A DNA stretch of 64,000 nucleotides from NCBI GenBank assembly GCA_902521315.1, contig CABYRH010000005.1, positions 336 through 64,335 of the forward strand, read 5' to 3'. The DNA is from an uncultured Alphaproteobacteria bacterium (GTDB lineage: Bacteria > Pseudomonadota > Alphaproteobacteria > HIMB59 > GCA-002718135). This document shows, piece by piece, positions 42,957 through 56,218 of this stretch; position 1 is the first letter of the stretch, and each line of letters begins with the position of its first letter. The position numbers and the translations under genes are program-made. The notes beneath the pieces were generated by a model. The model was not told the origin of the DNA and did not search any database. It saw nothing but the letters and a program-made list of their open reading frames with translations.

Positions 42957-44350
42957 ATATGAATTGCTCTACCATCTACACTTAAAGCTGCTTCTTTTAC
43001 TGCTTCACTAGTTGTCGGATGAGCATGACACACTCTAGCAATATCTTCTGCACTACCACCAAATTCTATTGTCGTAACAATTTCAGCGATCAACTGTCCG
43101 GCATCATGACCGATTATATGAGCACCTAAAATTTCATCTGTTTGTTTATCAACCAGAATTTTAACAAATCCTTCTGATGCGGAGGTAGTTAAGGCACGGC
43201 CATTTGCCATAAAAGGAAATTTTCCAACCTTGAAGTCTTTCTTTTCTTGCTTGAGTTGTTCCTCTGTTTTTCCAACTGATGCTATCTCTGGGTTGGTATA
43301 AACAATCGCTGGTATAGCATCGTAGTTTATATGAGGTTTTTGACCGTTTATAAATTCAACACAAGCCACTCCTTCTTCTTCAGCTTTGTGTGCTAGCATT
43401 GGTCCTGGAGCTACATCGCCAATTGCGTAGATTCCTTTAACAGAAGTTTGAAAATTATCTTTAATTTCAATGGATTTTTTTGCGGTTAATTTAATACCAA
43501 TTTTTTCGAGACCCAGTCCCTCTATGTTTGGTTTTCTTCCTACTGACATTAAAACTATTTCGTAGTTTTCTTTAATTTTCTTTTTATCTGATGTTTCCAT
43601 CTCAACATCTACACCAGACTTACCAGATTTTGCAGAACTAACTTTATGAGATAATTTAAATTCTAATCCTTGTTTAGTTAACATTTTCATAAACTCTTTT
43701 GCAATTTCGCCATCCATAGTTGGAACAATTCTGTCAAGAGCTTCAACAACTGTTACCTTTGAGCCTAATCTACTCCATACTGATCCCATCTCTAGTCCAA
43801 TATATCCACCACCAATAACTAGGAGTGATTTTGGTATTTTAGATAGAGAAAGAGCACCTGTTGAAGATACTATTTGTTTTTCATCAACAGGAATATTTGG
43901 TATCTCAATTGAAGATGATCCTGTTGCGATAATAAAATTTTTAGCACTGGCAGTAATTTCATTTTTTCCATTTGTAATAGAAATTGTATTTTTATCTACA
44001 AACGAAGCCATACCAGGAATATGCGTTATTTTATTTTTCTTAAATAAAAAACCGATCCCTGTTGTAAGTTTTTTTACAATTTTAGTTTTGCGATCCATCA
44101 AAACATTTAGGTCTAAATCTATCTTTGATGTTTTTATGCCATGCTCTGCAGCATGATTTGAAATTTCAACAAATTTTTCAGATGAATTTAATAATGCTTT
44201 AGATGGTATGCATCCAATATTCAAACAAGTTCCACCAAGTGATGGCTCTTTTTCTATACAAGCAACCTTCATTCCAAGTTGAGCCGCTCTGATTGCAGCT
44301 ACATATCCGCCAGGTCCCGCACCAATTACAATTAAATCAAAATCTTCCAT
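42953..44350 (-). CDS. lpdA: Dihydrolipoamide dehydrogenase
   Basis: GAGPGGY, GGTCLNIGCIPSK, HAHPTTSE. Confidence 0.96.
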   Translation of the reverse strand: MEDFDLIVIGAGPGGYVAAIRAAQLGMKVACIEKEPSLGGTCLNIGCIPSKALLNSSEKFVEISNHAAEHGIKTSKIDLDLNVLMDRKTKIVKKLTTGIGFLFKKNKITHIPGMASFVDKNTISITNGKNEITASAKNFIIATGSSSIEIPNIPVDEKQIVSSTGALSLSKIPKSLLVIGGGYIGLEMGSVWSRLGSKVTVVEALDRIVPTMDGEIAKEFMKMLTKQGLEFKLSHKVSSAKSGKSGVDVEMETSDKKKIKENYEIVLMSVGRKPNIEGLGLEKIGIKLTAKKSIEIKDNFQTSVKGIYAIGDVAPGPMLAHKAEEEGVACVEFINGQKPHINYDAIPAIVYTNPEIASVGKTEEQLKQEKKDFKVGKFPFMANGRALTTSASEGFVKILVDKQTDEILGAHIIGHDAGQLIAEIVTTIEFGGSAEDIARVCHAHPTTSEAVKEAALSVDGRAIHI

Positions 44351-44351
44351 T

Positions 44352-45533
44352 TTATATTCCTAATACTAATTCGGATGGATCTTCTAGAAGTTCTTTCACT
44401 TTCACTAAAAATCCAACACTTTCTTTTCCATCAATAATTCTATGATCATAACTTAATGCAACATACATCATTGGCCTAATTACTATTTTATCATTTACAA
44501 CTACTGCTCTTTTTTGAATATTATGCATCCCTAAAATTCCAGATTGAGGTCTATTGATTATTGGGGTGCTGAGCATTGATCCGTAAACGCCACCATTTGA
44601 AATTGTAAAAGTTCCACCAGTCAGATCGTCCATGGTCAGCGTTCCATCTTTGGCTTTTGTACTAAGATCAATAATTTTAGTTTCTATTTCTCCAAAACTC
44701 AATTGATCGGCGTCTTTAAGTATTGGTACGACTAATCCTTTTTCAGTTCCAACAGCTATACCTATATCAAAATGATTTTTATAAATTATATTTTCATCTT
44801 TAATTTCAGCATTCACAGCTGGATACTCTTGCAAACTTTTTACTACCGATTTTACAAAAAATGACATGAAACCTAATTTGACCTCATACCGACTTTGAAA
44901 TTCTTGGTTTTTTGATTTTCTAATTTCCATAACTTTGGACATGTCAATTTCATTGAAAGTCGTAAGTATGGCTGCTGTATTTTGAGCCTCCTTTAAACGT
45001 TTAGATATTGTCTGTCTGATTTTAGACATTTTAACAACTTCTTCTCTTTCACCTTTGTTATTGGTTGTTTTATTTGAAGAAGAAAGATGAGAAACTACAT
45101 CTTCTTTATTAATTCTTCCATCAGAACGGGATGAGGTGACATCTTCAAGTTTAATATTATTTTCTTCAGCAATTTTTCTTGCAGATGGTGAAGATTTGGC
45201 AGGCGAAGATTTTGTTTCAACCTTAACTGCTTTTACTTCTTCTTTTATTTTTTCTTCTTTATTTTCAGTTTTTTTAGGACTTGGTGTTTTGCCTTTTGAT
45301 TCATTTAAGATTCCTAAAATACCACCAATTTCAACGTCAGTGCCTTCAGAAACTTTTATTTCTTTTAGAGAGCCTGCATGAGGTGCTGGTACTTCAACTG
45401 TAATTTTGTCTGTCTCAATTTCAACTAAAGGTTCATCTGCTTCAAAATTATCGCCTATATTCTTAAGCCATTTTGAAACAGTTGCTTCTGTAATTGACTC
45501 TCCAAGTGTTGGAACTATTAATTCAGTGCTCAT
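44352..45533 (-). CDS. sucB: 2-oxoglutarate dehydrogenase E2
   Basis: Lipoyl [23 protein letters not shown]. Confidence 0.95.
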   Translation of the reverse strand: MSTELIVPTLGESITEATVSKWLKNIGDNFEADEPLVEIETDKITVEVPAPHAGSLKEIKVSEGTDVEIGGILGILNESKGKTPSPKKTENKEEKIKEEVKAVKVETKSSPAKSSPSARKIAEENNIKLEDVTSSRSDGRINKEDVVSHLSSSNKTTNNKGEREEVVKMSKIRQTISKRLKEAQNTAAILTTFNEIDMSKVMEIRKSKNQEFQSRYEVKLGFMSFFVKSVVKSLQEYPAVNAEIKDENIIYKNHFDIGIAVGTEKGLVVPILKDADQLSFGEIETKIIDLSTKAKDGTLTMDDLTGGTFTISNGGVYGSMLSTPIINRPQSGILGMHNIQKRAVVVNDKIVIRPMMYVALSYDHRIIDGKESVGFLVKVKELLEDPSELVLGI

Positions 45534-45564
45534 TAATTAAATGCTTAATAACATTTACGTCAAT

Positions 45565-48468
45565 TTATTCAATTGGCAGATTAGTCTTTAATTTTGTTGA
45601 AATACCTGCCCAAGATTTGATAATTTTGCTAATCGAATCTTCAGTTGCCATTTTTATAATAGTTTCTTGGTTACTTAAGTGTCTTACTAAAGAACCAGCG
45701 GCAGGAGACGCAGCTGGACTTCTACCAACATAGAATATTTTTTCTTGTTTAACATTCGCTTCTTGCATAACACTTTCCAATCTACCTTTCACAAAACCCC
45801 AGGCACCCATATTTTTTGGCTCTTCTTGTGCCCAGATAATTTCAGCATCCATATAATGTTTTAATTCATCTCTAAAGTTTTCATAAGGAAATGGATAAAT
45901 CTGCTCCAATCTTATTATGGAGAGATTTGTAATTTTATTTTTTGCTATATGATCTGCTATTTCAAAATATATTTTACCAGAGCAAATTACTAATCTTTTA
46001 ATTTTCCTTTTTTCTTTAACAGATAATTTATCAGTAAGAATTCTATGGAAAGTTGATCCATTAATATAATCCTCAATATTAGAAACATTAGATTTATGTC
46101 TAAGTGTAGATTTTGGTGTAAATATAATTAGAGGTTTCCTAAAATTTCTATGTAGTTGCCTTCTTAAAACATGAAAATAATTAGCAGGACTTGTACAATT
46201 AACAATTTGCATATTATCTTCCGCACACATCTGTAAAAATCTTTCTAATCTTCCACTTGTATGCTCAGGACCTTGGCCCTCATGTCCATGAGGAAGAAGG
46301 ATCGTTAAACCAGACATTCTCAACCATTTTCTTTCTCCAGAACTAATAAATTGATCAATCATAATTTGTGCACCATTTGCAAAATCCCCAAACTGTGCTT
46401 CCCATATAACAAGTGTCTTCGGATCAACTTGTGAATATCCATATTCAAAACCAAGAACACCAAATTCAGATAAAAAACTATCTATAATTTCAAAGTAACC
46501 TTGCTTATTTTGAAAGTGTCTTAATGGAACAAAACGATTTTCGTTTTCTTGATCATATAATACACCATGTCTATGACTAAATGTTCCTCTTCCAACATCT
46601 TGTCCAGATATTCGAACTCCATATCCCTCATCTAAAAGTGTTGCTAAAGCTAAACTTTCAGAGGTTGCCCAATCAATACCTTTTCCATTGATAACACTTG
46701 TTAATCGGTCTCCATAAATTTTTTTTATTCTTCTATGAGCATTGAAATCTGCCGGTATTTGATGAATTTTTTTTGCTATATTCATTAATGTTTTTTCTTT
46801 TACAGAGGTTTTTCCTCTTCTGGCATCAAATGTTGCAGTAGATAAACCTGTCCAAGTTCCCTCTAACCAATCTACTTTATTTGGCTTATAATTTTTAGTT
46901 GATTCAAATTCTTTATCTAAAAAATTCTTAAAAGAATCTACAATGTCTTTAGATTCTTCTTCTGAAAGAGTATTGTTCTCAATTAATTTTTTTTCATATT
47001 TTTTTCTTGTAGTGATTTGTTTTTTGATAGCCTTATACATAAGGGGCTGAGTAAAAGAAGGTTCATCAGCTTCGTTATGTCCTGATCTTCTGTAGCAAAA
47101 CATATCTACGACAACATCGACTTTAAATTTATTTCTAAATTCCGTTGCAAGTCTACAAACATGAACTACTGCTTCTGGGTCATCGCCATTAACATGAAAT
47201 ATTGGTGCCTGAACCATTTTTGCAATTTCAGTACAATAAGGTGCTGATCGTCCATATTGTGGCATAGTTGTAAAACCTATCTGATTGTTAATTACAAAGT
47301 GAATGGTACCACCTGTTTTAAACCCTCTTAATTGTGACATAGCAAATGTTTCGGCCACAACTCCTTGTCCAGCTATTGCTGCATCTCCATGAATTAATAA
47401 ACCGATAACTTTATCTGTTGTTTTATCTTTAGCTAAAGTTTGTTTTGCTCTTACTTTTCCTGCCACAACTGGGTTAACTGCTTCTAAATGGGAAGGATTA
47501 GAAGTGAGCGATAAATGAATTTTCTTTTTTTCAAATTCACGATCAGCAGAAACTCCTAAATGATATTTTACATCACCTGAACCTAGTACCTCATTTGGAT
47601 CGTTTAAAGATCCTTGGAATTTTGATAATATTTTTTTGTAAGGCATTTCCAAAACACTTGATAGAAGTGTTAGTCTCCCTCGATGAGCTGTTCCAATAAT
47701 AATATCTTCAATTCCAGACAAACATGCCTGTTTAACAATTTGCTCTATCCCAGGTATCATCGCTTCACCACCTTCGATACCGTATCTCTTTGTACCTAAA
47801 AACTTTTTATCTAAAAACTGCTCAAATAGTTCTGATTCAACTAATCTTTTATAAATTGCTTTTTTTCCTTCATTTGTAAAATTTGTTTTATTTCTTACCT
47901 CTTCAATTCTTTCTTGGACCCATTGTTTTTGATCAGCTTGTTGTATGTGTAAAAATTCAACACCAATTGAAGCAGAATAAGTTTCTTTTAATATTTTAAT
48001 AATATTTTTTAATTTACCTTTTTCTAAACCTAAACTTCCATCAATGAATATTTCTTTTTCTAAATCTGATTCATTAAAACCATAACTTTTATAATCTAAT
48101 TCTTGAGGATACTCTCTTTCAGATATTCCTAAGGGGTCAAGATCTGCAATTAAATGTCCGTTAATTCTAAAAGCTCTAATTAATCTTAATGCTCTAATTG
48201 AATCTAAGGTTGATATTCTAAATTCCTCAGAATTGTAATTAGCATTTGATTTTATAACCTTAGTTATGTAATTTTTATCTATTATACTTGACGGACGTTC
48301 TTTCCATTCTGGTCCTCCAAAATCTTTAAGAACAGAATAGTCATCTTCATTCAAATTATTAAAAAAATCTTTCCAAGTTGTATCCACACTTTCAGGGTCA
48401 TTTCTAAATTTAGAATATAGTTCGGCTACATATGGTGCATTAGCACTATTTAAGAAAGTATCATTCAT
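45565..48468 (-). CDS. sucA: 2-oxoglutarate dehydrogenase E1
   Basis: AHRGR, GDVKYH, NPSHLE, HGDAA, WEAQFGDF, GQGPEH. Confidence 0.97.
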   Translation of the reverse strand: MNDTFLNSANAPYVAELYSKFRNDPESVDTTWKDFFNNLNEDDYSVLKDFGGPEWKERPSSIIDKNYITKVIKSNANYNSEEFRISTLDSIRALRLIRAFRINGHLIADLDPLGISEREYPQELDYKSYGFNESDLEKEIFIDGSLGLEKGKLKNIIKILKETYSASIGVEFLHIQQADQKQWVQERIEEVRNKTNFTNEGKKAIYKRLVESELFEQFLDKKFLGTKRYGIEGGEAMIPGIEQIVKQACLSGIEDIIIGTAHRGRLTLLSSVLEMPYKKILSKFQGSLNDPNEVLGSGDVKYHLGVSADREFEKKKIHLSLTSNPSHLEAVNPVVAGKVRAKQTLAKDKTTDKVIGLLIHGDAAIAGQGVVAETFAMSQLRGFKTGGTIHFVINNQIGFTTMPQYGRSAPYCTEIAKMVQAPIFHVNGDDPEAVVHVCRLATEFRNKFKVDVVVDMFCYRRSGHNEADEPSFTQPLMYKAIKKQITTRKKYEKKLIENNTLSEEESKDIVDSFKNFLDKEFESTKNYKPNKVDWLEGTWTGLSTATFDARRGKTSVKEKTLMNIAKKIHQIPADFNAHRRIKKIYGDRLTSVINGKGIDWATSESLALATLLDEGYGVRISGQDVGRGTFSHRHGVLYDQENENRFVPLRHFQNKQGYFEIIDSFLSEFGVLGFEYGYSQVDPKTLVIWEAQFGDFANGAQIMIDQFISSGERKWLRMSGLTILLPHGHEGQGPEHTSGRLERFLQMCAEDNMQIVNCTSPANYFHVLRRQLHRNFRKPLIIFTPKSTLRHKSNVSNIEDYINGSTFHRILTDKLSVKEKRKIKRLVICSGKIYFEIADHIAKNKITNLSIIRLEQIYPFPYENFRDELKHYMDAEIIWAQEEPKNMGAWGFVKGRLESVMQEANVKQEKIFYVGRSPAASPAAGSLVRHLSNQETIIKMATEDSISKIIKSWAGISTKLKTNLPIE

Positions 48469-48519
48469 AGATTTCTATTAAACTAAAACCATTTCGCATA
48501 ACAATCATACTAATGGAAA

Positions 48520-49404
48520 CTAATTATTCCCATTTTGCATTGCTAATTTCATAGTTTTTCCCAATGATGCCGGGGATTTTGACACCAAAACTCCAGCATT
48601 TTCTAAAGATTTAATTTTGGAATGAGCTGTACCTTTTGAGCCTGAAACGATAGCACCTGCATGACCCATACGTTTTCCTTTAGGGGCAGATTGTCCAGCT
48701 ATAAATGCTGAAACTGGTTTTTTTCTTTTTGAATTTGAAATAAATTCTGCCGCATTTTCTTCCTCCTCGCCACCAATTTCACCTATCATTAATATTCCCT
48801 CAGTCTCATCGTCTTCTAAAAATAACTTTATACAATCTACAAAATCCATACCATGGATTGGGTCTCCACCAATACCAACACATGTTGATTGACCTAATCC
48901 TACCTCTGTTGTTTGTGCAACAGCTTCATAAGTTAATGTTCCTGATCTACTCACTATACCTATTTTACCTTTTTTATGGATGAAACCAGGCATGATACCA
49001 ATCTTGCATTCAGAAGGTGTTATTAAACCTGGGCAGTTTGGCCCAATCAAATATGTTTTATTGTTAATAATTCTTTTTTTTATATCAATCATATCTAAGA
49101 CTGGAATACCTTCTGTAATACATACAATTAATTCAATGTTTGCATCTAAAGCTTCGTGGATTGCTTTAGCAGCAAACTTAGCAGGAACATAAATGACTGT
49201 TGCGTTTGCTTCAGTTTGTTTAACTGCATCGGCGACTGTATTAAACACCGGTAAATTTAAATGGGTCTGACCTCCTTTACCAGGCGTTACACCACCTACA
49301 AGGTTTGTACCATATGCTATAGCTTGTTCAGAATGATATGTTCCTTGTGAACCCGTAAAGCCTTGGCAAATAAGTCTTGTATTTTTATTAACTAAAATTG
49401 ACAC
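48520..49404 (-). CDS. sucD: Succinyl-CoA ligase alpha subunit
   Basis: [26 protein letters not shown]. Confidence 0.97.
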   Translation of the reverse strand: MSILVNKNTRLICQGFTGSQGTYHSEQAIAYGTNLVGGVTPGKGGQTHLNLPVFNTVADAVKQTEANATVIYVPAKFAAKAIHEALDANIELIVCITEGIPVLDMIDIKKRIINNKTYLIGPNCPGLITPSECKIGIMPGFIHKKGKIGIVSRSGTLTYEAVAQTTEVGLGQSTCVGIGGDPIHGMDFVDCIKLFLEDDETEGILMIGEIGGEEEENAAEFISNSKRKKPVSAFIAGQSAPKGKRMGHAGAIVSGSKGTAHSKIKSLENAGVLVSKSPASLGKTMKLAMQNGNN

Positions 49405-50588
49405 TATTCTGATAACTCCACAGCTTTCTGAGCTGCATTTGAAAAATCATCAATTGAAATTAATCCTAATGATGAATTATTTATAATATCTCTTCCTTCT
49501 TTAGAATTTGTTCCTTGAAAACGTACAACAACAGGAAGTTTAAATTCTAATTCTTTAATTGCATCAATGATACCATTAGCAATCATATCACAATGGATAA
49601 TTCCTCCAAAAATATTTATGAAGACTGATTTCACATTTTTATCTGATTGAATGATCTTGAAAGCTTTAATGGCTCTTTCTTTATTTGCTGTACCACCTAA
49701 ATCTAGAAAATTGGCTGGCTCCATTCCAAATTGTTTAATAATATCCATAGTTGCCATTGCCAGTCCAGCTCCATTAACCATACAGCCTATTTTTCCATCG
49801 AGCTTAATGTAAACCATATCGTTTTCAGAAGCTTCAAGTTCTAAATCATTTTCTTCTGAAGTATCTTTTAATTTTTCAATTTCAGCCTGTCTATACAGAG
49901 CATTATCATCAATATTAATTTTAGCATCTAAAAGAATTAGTTTTTCATCTTTTGTCACAACAAGAGGATTAATTTCAATTAAAGAAGCATCTATTTCGAC
50001 ATAGGCCTTACATAAATTTGAAACAATTTCTTTAAATTGGTTAAACTCATTAATAGAAAAATTTAATTTATTTTGAAGACTATCACTAATTGTAAAATCT
50101 TCTAAGTTGTCAAAATAAACATATTGAATTCTTTCTGGTGTTTTCTCAGCTACATCTTCTATGTCTACCCCACCGGCATCAGATACCATCATCATTAATT
50201 TTGATTGATTCCTATCAAGAAGAATACTTAAATAATATTCCCTATCAATTTCACATCCAGCTTCTAAATAAATTCTATTTACTAACTTTCCCTCATTACC
50301 TGTTTGTTTTGTAATCAATATGTTACCCATCATTCCTTTTGCAATTTTTTGTGCATCATCAATTGATTCTGTTATTTGTACTCCACCTTTTGTATTAAAT
50401 GGTTTTAAAAATTTCCCTGCTCCTCTTCCTCCAGCATGTATCTGTGATTTGATAACCCAAGGTGGACCTTTTATAATTTGTAAATCTTTTTCTAAATCAT
50501 CAACATTTTCAATGTAACTTTTACCTTCAAGTATAGGTAGATTGTACTTTCTTAGTAGATCTTTAGCTTGGTATTCATGCAAATTCAT
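49404..50588 (-). CDS. sucC: Succinyl-CoA ligase beta subunit
   Basis: [32 protein letters not shown]. Confidence 0.97.
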   Translation of the reverse strand: MNLHEYQAKDLLRKYNLPILEGKSYIENVDDLEKDLQIIKGPPWVIKSQIHAGGRGAGKFLKPFNTKGGVQITESIDDAQKIAKGMMGNILITKQTGNEGKLVNRIYLEAGCEIDREYYLSILLDRNQSKLMMMVSDAGGVDIEDVAEKTPERIQYVYFDNLEDFTISDSLQNKLNFSINEFNQFKEIVSNLCKAYVEIDASLIEINPLVVTKDEKLILLDAKINIDDNALYRQAEIEKLKDTSEENDLELEASENDMVYIKLDGKIGCMVNGAGLAMATMDIIKQFGMEPANFLDLGGTANKERAIKAFKIIQSDKNVKSVFINIFGGIIHCDMIANGIIDAIKELEFKLPVVVRFQGTNSKEGRDIINNSSLGLISIDDFSNAAQKAVELSE

Positions 50589-50629
50589 TTTGATAAAAAG
50601 GTAATAGTTAGATTAGATGAAAAATACAA

Positions 50630-51592
<963 letters not shown>

Positions 51593-51610
51593 TTAAGTTT
51601 TATACTTTAA

Positions 51611-52399
51611 TTACAATTCTGTAACAATAGCCTTTTTAAGTCCAGCAATTTCTTTGGCTGGATTTAGACCTTTAGGACAAGACCTAGTACAATTCATTAT
51701 TGAATGACATCTATAAAGTTTTAATGAATCATTTATTGCTTTTAATCTCTCTTTTCTTTCTGAGTCTCTAGAGTCACTTACCCATCTTGCTGCTTGTAAA
51801 AGGACTGCAGGTCCTAGATATTCATCTCCATTCCACCAATAACTTGGACAAGAAGTAGTGCAGCAAAAACATAATACACACTCCCATTTACCATCTAGTT
51901 TTTCTCTATCTTTTGGTGATTGTTTTTTTTCGTCTCCTGAGTTTTTTTCTTCATTTGTCTTTTCACGCTGTAACCAAGGTTTAATGGAAGCCAGTTGCTC
52001 ATAAGCCTTACTAAGATCTGGAACTAAATCTTTTACTACACGCATATGTGGAAGAGGGTAAATTTTTATTTCATTCTTAACATCAGACATACTTTTCAAA
52101 CATGCTAATGTGTTAACACCATCAATATTCATAGCACAGGAACCACAAACTCCTTCTCTGCAAGATCTTCTAAATGTTAAAGTTGGATCAATTTCGTTTT
52201 TAATTTTCATAAGTGCGTCTAATACCATTGGGCCACACTTTTCTTGATCTATCTCATAATTATCTATCCTAGGATTTTTATCATCTTCCGGATCCCATCT
52301 GTAGATTGCAAGTTTCTTTGGATCATTTGCAGGTTCTTTTAGTTGGTGAGTTTTCCCTTTAGTTATTTTTGAATTTGCAGGAAGTGTAAACTGAGCCAT
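51611..52399 (-). CDS. sdhB: Succinate dehydrogenase Fe-S subunit
   Basis: [35 protein letters not shown]. Confidence 0.97.
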   Translation of the reverse strand: MAQFTLPANSKITKGKTHQLKEPANDPKKLAIYRWDPEDDKNPRIDNYEIDQEKCGPMVLDALMKIKNEIDPTLTFRRSCREGVCGSCAMNIDGVNTLACLKSMSDVKNEIKIYPLPHMRVVKDLVPDLSKAYEQLASIKPWLQREKTNEEKNSGDEKKQSPKDREKLDGKWECVLCFCCTTSCPSYWWNGDEYLGPAVLLQAARWVSDSRDSERKERLKAINDSLKLYRCHSIMNCTRSCPKGLNPAKEIAGLKKAIVTEL

Positions 52400-54192
52400 T
52401 AGTAAACTCTTCTTTTAGGTGGTATTGGTTGAACATGATTAGTTAGAGTATTCATATGAACACCTCTGGAACTCATACTCACATCTCCCTTATCGTTTAA
52501 CCAAGCTAAAGAGTGAACTAACCAATTATTATCATCTCTTTCTTTATAATCTTCTCTTGCATGTGCGCCTCTACTTTCGGTTCGATTTAACGCAGAATGA
52601 AGAGTAACTTTTGATTGTGCCATTAAATTGTGTAACTCTAAAGCTTCGACCAAGTCAGTATTAAAAATTAATGATTTGTCTTTAATATCTATGTCATCCA
52701 TTGAACTCTCAACTTTTGAATATTCTTCAATACCTTTTGATATGAGATCATGTGTTCTAAATACTGCACATTTTTGCTGCATTATATGTTGCATGGAAGT
52801 ACGAAGTTCTCCAGTTGTAGTGTTTCCTTTGCTGTTTCTAATCTTATCAAATCGCTCAATAATATTATCTGTTTTTGATTTACTAATTTCAATTTTTTTA
52901 GAATTTGGTTTCACTTTTTCTTTACATGTTAGACTAGCTGCTTTGCCAAAAACAACAAGATCGATTAATGAATTTGTTCCTAATCTATTAGCACCGTGCA
53001 CAGAAACACATGCAGCCTCACCAACAGCCATTAAACCTTCACATACATTATCTGGATTTTCATTTGTTGGCCTGAGAACTTCTGTTCTATAATTTGTCGG
53101 TATACCGCCCATATTATAATGAACCGTTGGAAGAACTGGTATTGGATCTTTAGTCAGATCAACTCCGGCAAATATTTTTGCAGTTTCTGAAATACCAGGC
53201 AATCTTTTATGTAATGTATCAGCATCAATGTGCTCAAGATGAAGTAGCACATGATCGGCATTATCTCCACAACCTCTATTTTCACTAATTTCAATCGTCA
53301 TTGCGCGACTTACTACATCCCTTGATGCTAGATCTTTTGCATTTGGAGCATATCTTTCCATAAATCTTTCACCATCACTATTAGTTAAATATCCGCCTTC
53401 TCCTCTTGCTCCTTCAGTGATTAACACTCCTGCACCATAAACTCCAGTTGGATGGAACTGAATAAATTCCATATCAGAAAGAGGTAGGTTTTGTCTTAAA
53501 GCCATTGCACTACCATCACCAGTACATATGTGAGCACTCGTAGATGAGAAGTAAGCTCTTCCATATCCACCAGTAGCTAGAATTGTTTGATGAGATAAAA
53601 ATCGATGTATCGATCCATCTTCTAAGCACCATGATACCACACCAATACAATTACCTTGATCATCAGAAATTAAATCTAAAACAAAATATTCAATATAAAA
53701 TTCTACATTATTTTTAAGTGATTGCTGATAAAGTGTATGGAGTAAAGCATGTCCCGTTCTATCAGCTGCTGCACATGCTCTCATAGCAGGAGCTCCCTCG
53801 CCATTATTGGTTAAGTGTCCGCCAAAAGGTCTTTGATAGATCTTGCCATCATCTGTTCTACTAAAAGGCATGCCATATTCTTCAAGTTCAATTACTGCTT
53901 CAGGGGCTTTAGAACATAAGTATTCAATTGCATCTTGATCACCAAGCCAGTCTGAACCCTTAACTGTATCATACATGTGCCACTTCCAATTATCCTCACC
54001 CATATTACCAAGAGCTGCTCCAATTCCACCTTGTGCTGCAACAGTATGACTTCTTGTTGGAAACACTTTTGATATACAGGCTGTTTTTAATCCGGCTTCT
54101 GCACATCCAAGCGTTGCTCTCAGCCCTGAACCTCCAGCTCCTACAACTACAACGTCATAATGGTGATCAATAATTTTATATGAATTAGTCAT
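52399..54192 (-). CDS. sdhA: Succinate dehydrogenase flavoprotein
   Basis: [29 protein letters not shown]. Confidence 0.97.
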   Translation of the reverse strand: MTNSYKIIDHHYDVVVVGAGGSGLRATLGCAEAGLKTACISKVFPTRSHTVAAQGGIGAALGNMGEDNWKWHMYDTVKGSDWLGDQDAIEYLCSKAPEAVIELEEYGMPFSRTDDGKIYQRPFGGHLTNNGEGAPAMRACAAADRTGHALLHTLYQQSLKNNVEFYIEYFVLDLISDDQGNCIGVVSWCLEDGSIHRFLSHQTILATGGYGRAYFSSTSAHICTGDGSAMALRQNLPLSDMEFIQFHPTGVYGAGVLITEGARGEGGYLTNSDGERFMERYAPNAKDLASRDVVSRAMTIEISENRGCGDNADHVLLHLEHIDADTLHKRLPGISETAKIFAGVDLTKDPIPVLPTVHYNMGGIPTNYRTEVLRPTNENPDNVCEGLMAVGEAACVSVHGANRLGTNSLIDLVVFGKAASLTCKEKVKPNSKKIEISKSKTDNIIERFDKIRNSKGNTTTGELRTSMQHIMQQKCAVFRTHDLISKGIEEYSKVESSMDDIDIKDKSLIFNTDLVEALELHNLMAQSKVTLHSALNRTESRGAHAREDYKERDDNNWLVHSLAWLNDKGDVSMSSRGVHMNTLTNHVQPIPPKRRVY

Positions 54193-54522
54193 CTAAAACA
54201 CCATTCTCACTAAATTAACAGTAATTAAAATCATGATAAAATAAATAAGATAATTAATTGATACTTTAATAAATTTGGCTATCTTTTTCGATGTGACATA
54301 ATCTTCAATAATTGTTTGCAGTCCTAATTTTGAATGCAGAAGCATAGATTGCATCATAACAAAAAATAAGAATGCATTAAAATAGGATTGAAAAAAAGTT
54401 TCTATTTCAGAATAAGTCATCTTAGATAATGATATTGCTGAGTATATAAACCAAAACGCCAAAGGTATTAAAATTGAAGCAGTAATTCTTTGGGTTAACC
54501 ATTTAAGAGCATAATTTTTCAT
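54193..54522 (-). CDS. sdhD: Succinate dehydrogenase membrane anchor
   Basis: WLTQRITA, H..LGLQTIIEDYV. Confidence 0.92.
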   Translation of the reverse strand: MKNYALKWLTQRITASILIPLAFWFIYSAISLSKMTYSEIETFFQSYFNAFLFFVMMQSMLLHSKLGLQTIIEDYVTSKKIAKFIKVSINYLIYFIMILITVNLVRMVF

Positions 54523-54899
54523 GCAAAATACCAGACAACTAAACTAGAAATTAGAGTTAAACATATAACAGCATAACCAGATTTATATACTTGAGATAAT
54601 TCCATTCCAATACCGAATGACCAATATAATTTTCTACATCCATTAAATAAATGGTAAAAAATACCGACAGTCCAAATCATTAGAACTAGTTTAAACAAAA
54701 TACTTTTAGAAAGAATTTCAAAATAAATATAAAATTCAGGACCAAAACTAATTAATAAAAACCAAATTGAAATTAATATTGCGCCCACACTTAATCCAAT
54801 TCCTGATATCCTATGAAAAATTGAAAATACTGCTGTAAGTACTCTTTTGTGAATAGATAGGTGAGGTGATAATGGTCTATTATCAGTCATTTTTTTCAT
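54519..54899 (-). CDS. sdhC: Succinate dehydrogenase cytochrome b556 subunit
   Basis: NRPLSPHL, SIFHRISG, YHLFNG.R. Confidence 0.93.
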   Translation of the reverse strand: MKKMTDNRPLSPHLSIHKRVLTAVFSIFHRISGIGLSVGAILISIWFLLISFGPEFYIYFEILSKSILFKLVLMIWTVGIFYHLFNGCRKLYWSFGIGMELSQVYKSGYAVICLTLISSLVVWYFA

Positions 54900-55057
54900 T
54901 TTTCTTATGTTTCATAAGTAAGTATTTTTCTTCAAATTTCAAAATATTAATGTTTTAGTTATTTTTTCTTACTATCATGGAAGTTTATAAAATGTTGATA
55001 AAAGTGGCAAATTTTATGAAAATCGACCAAATTTAATACCAGATTTAACTAAAAATC

Positions 55058-55086
55058 TTGAATTTTAAATAGATAGATATTACTCT
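55058..55086 (+). promoter_or_regulatory. Putative sigma70 promoter driving the structured ncRNA
   Basis: TTGAAT-N17-TACTCT, ending 6 nt before the terminal stem GCCGGA. Confidence 0.55.
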
Positions 55087-55090
55087 TAAT

Positions 55091-55230
55091 AAGCCGGATA
55101 ATACTCGTTTCTTAGCTTCGGAGGAACGCCAAGAATTTTTAATTATCTTACCCGCCGTTTGATAATTATTTGAGTTTCTTATTCTAGAGAGGTGTCTGCC
55201 AAGGTACAAACTAGTTTTAGAGTCCGGCCT
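55091..55230 (+). ncRNA. Putative structured ncRNA, rod-shaped with central bubble (6S RNA-like architecture)
   Basis: GC-richer island in an AT-rich spacer. Nested pairings GCCGGAT/GTCCGGC, ACT-GTTT/AAAC-AGT, CTT-GC/GC-AAG, ACGCC/GGTGT, AAGAA/TTCTT, TAATTATC/GATAATTA. No ORF. Confidence 0.6.
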
Positions 55231-56218
55231 ATTTTAAATTTTTATTAAAAAATTCTTCCATCTTTTTAGAATATACTTCTGGAAATTTAAACATAGCATC
55301 TACATGATAAGAGTTTTCAACTAACCAAAACTCAGCATTAATTTTATTTTGATTTGTATATTCTTTAAAATAATTAAAGTGTCTTGTTAAAATTCTTGTA
55401 TCAGAGTCGCCATGAGTAAAATAATAGTATTGTTTCTTTGATAATTTTTTAGCTGGAGATAATTCTCTTGGATCTGTTCCAGTTAAGATTCTTCCAGCTA
55501 AACTAACTACTGGCCCAAATTCTATAGTAAGACCATATCTTGCTATTTCATCTTTTAAAATCATATTAAATTCAGCAAGTGAACTATCTGCCCACACTGC
55601 ACGTATTTCCGGTTCTGAATTAGCTGCAAAAATAGACGTGCTTGCACCAAGAGATATTCCATGTAATCCAATGCTATACGACTTGAAACCAATTTTTTTT
55701 AAAAAATCAAATGCACCAAGAATATCATTATATGACTTTAAACCTAAATCATCGTAGCTACTTACAGTATCACTTTGTCCATAGTTTCTTAAATCTATCG
55801 TCAGAACATTAAACTTTTTATTAACTAAAAAACTTGCAATTAGATTGGGTTCAGACTTACATTTACCATTTGGGCTTATACCATGTGTTACAATTATAAC
55901 GGGTCTATTTGGAAAATAATTAAAAAGCCATCCATTAATCTTAATATCAGAATCACGAGATTGAAAATACACATCTTGCCATTCATCTAAATAATAGTCC
56001 TTAAAGTTAAAATTTTCTCTTACTTTTTGTCGTGCAAGAATTGAGTATTCATGTGAATCAACTGTTGTACTCCATGAATTAGGAAGAGATCCTTCGTGCA
56101 AACCACAAGTTGGATCTATTTTTAAAATTTGGTAAGCAACATAAAAGCCTGCAGTAAAATAAACTACTATTAATAAAACTATCGTACTTACTAATAATCT
56201 GATTATGTATTTCATCAA
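55229..56218 (-). CDS. Membrane-anchored alpha/beta hydrolase
   Basis: N-terminal TM, THG, DLRNYGQS, GISLG nucleophile, THGDSD, YHVDA. Confidence 0.82.
   Translation of the reverse strand: MMKYIIRLLVSTIVLLIVVYFTAGFYVAYQILKIDPTCGLHEGSLPNSWSTTVDSHEYSILARQKVRENFNFKDYYLDEWQDVYFQSRDSDIKINGWLFNYFPNRPVIIVTHGISPNGKCKSEPNLIASFLVNKKFNVLTIDLRNYGQSDTVSSYDDLGLKSYNDILGAFDFLKKIGFKSYSIGLHGISLGASTSIFAANSEPEIRAVWADSSLAEFNMILKDEIARYGLTIEFGPVVSLAGRILTGTDPRELSPAKKLSKKQYYYFTHGDSDTRILTRHFNYFKEYTNQNKINAEFWLVENSYHVDAMFKFPEVYSKKMEEFFNKNLK

Noticed and set aside
55108..55215. Glycine-riboswitch-like words (GGAGGAACGCC, GAGAG..GCCAAGG) in the ncRNA
   Set aside because: The conserved CCGAAG and CTCAGG elements are missing and there is no downstream plus-strand gene to regulate.
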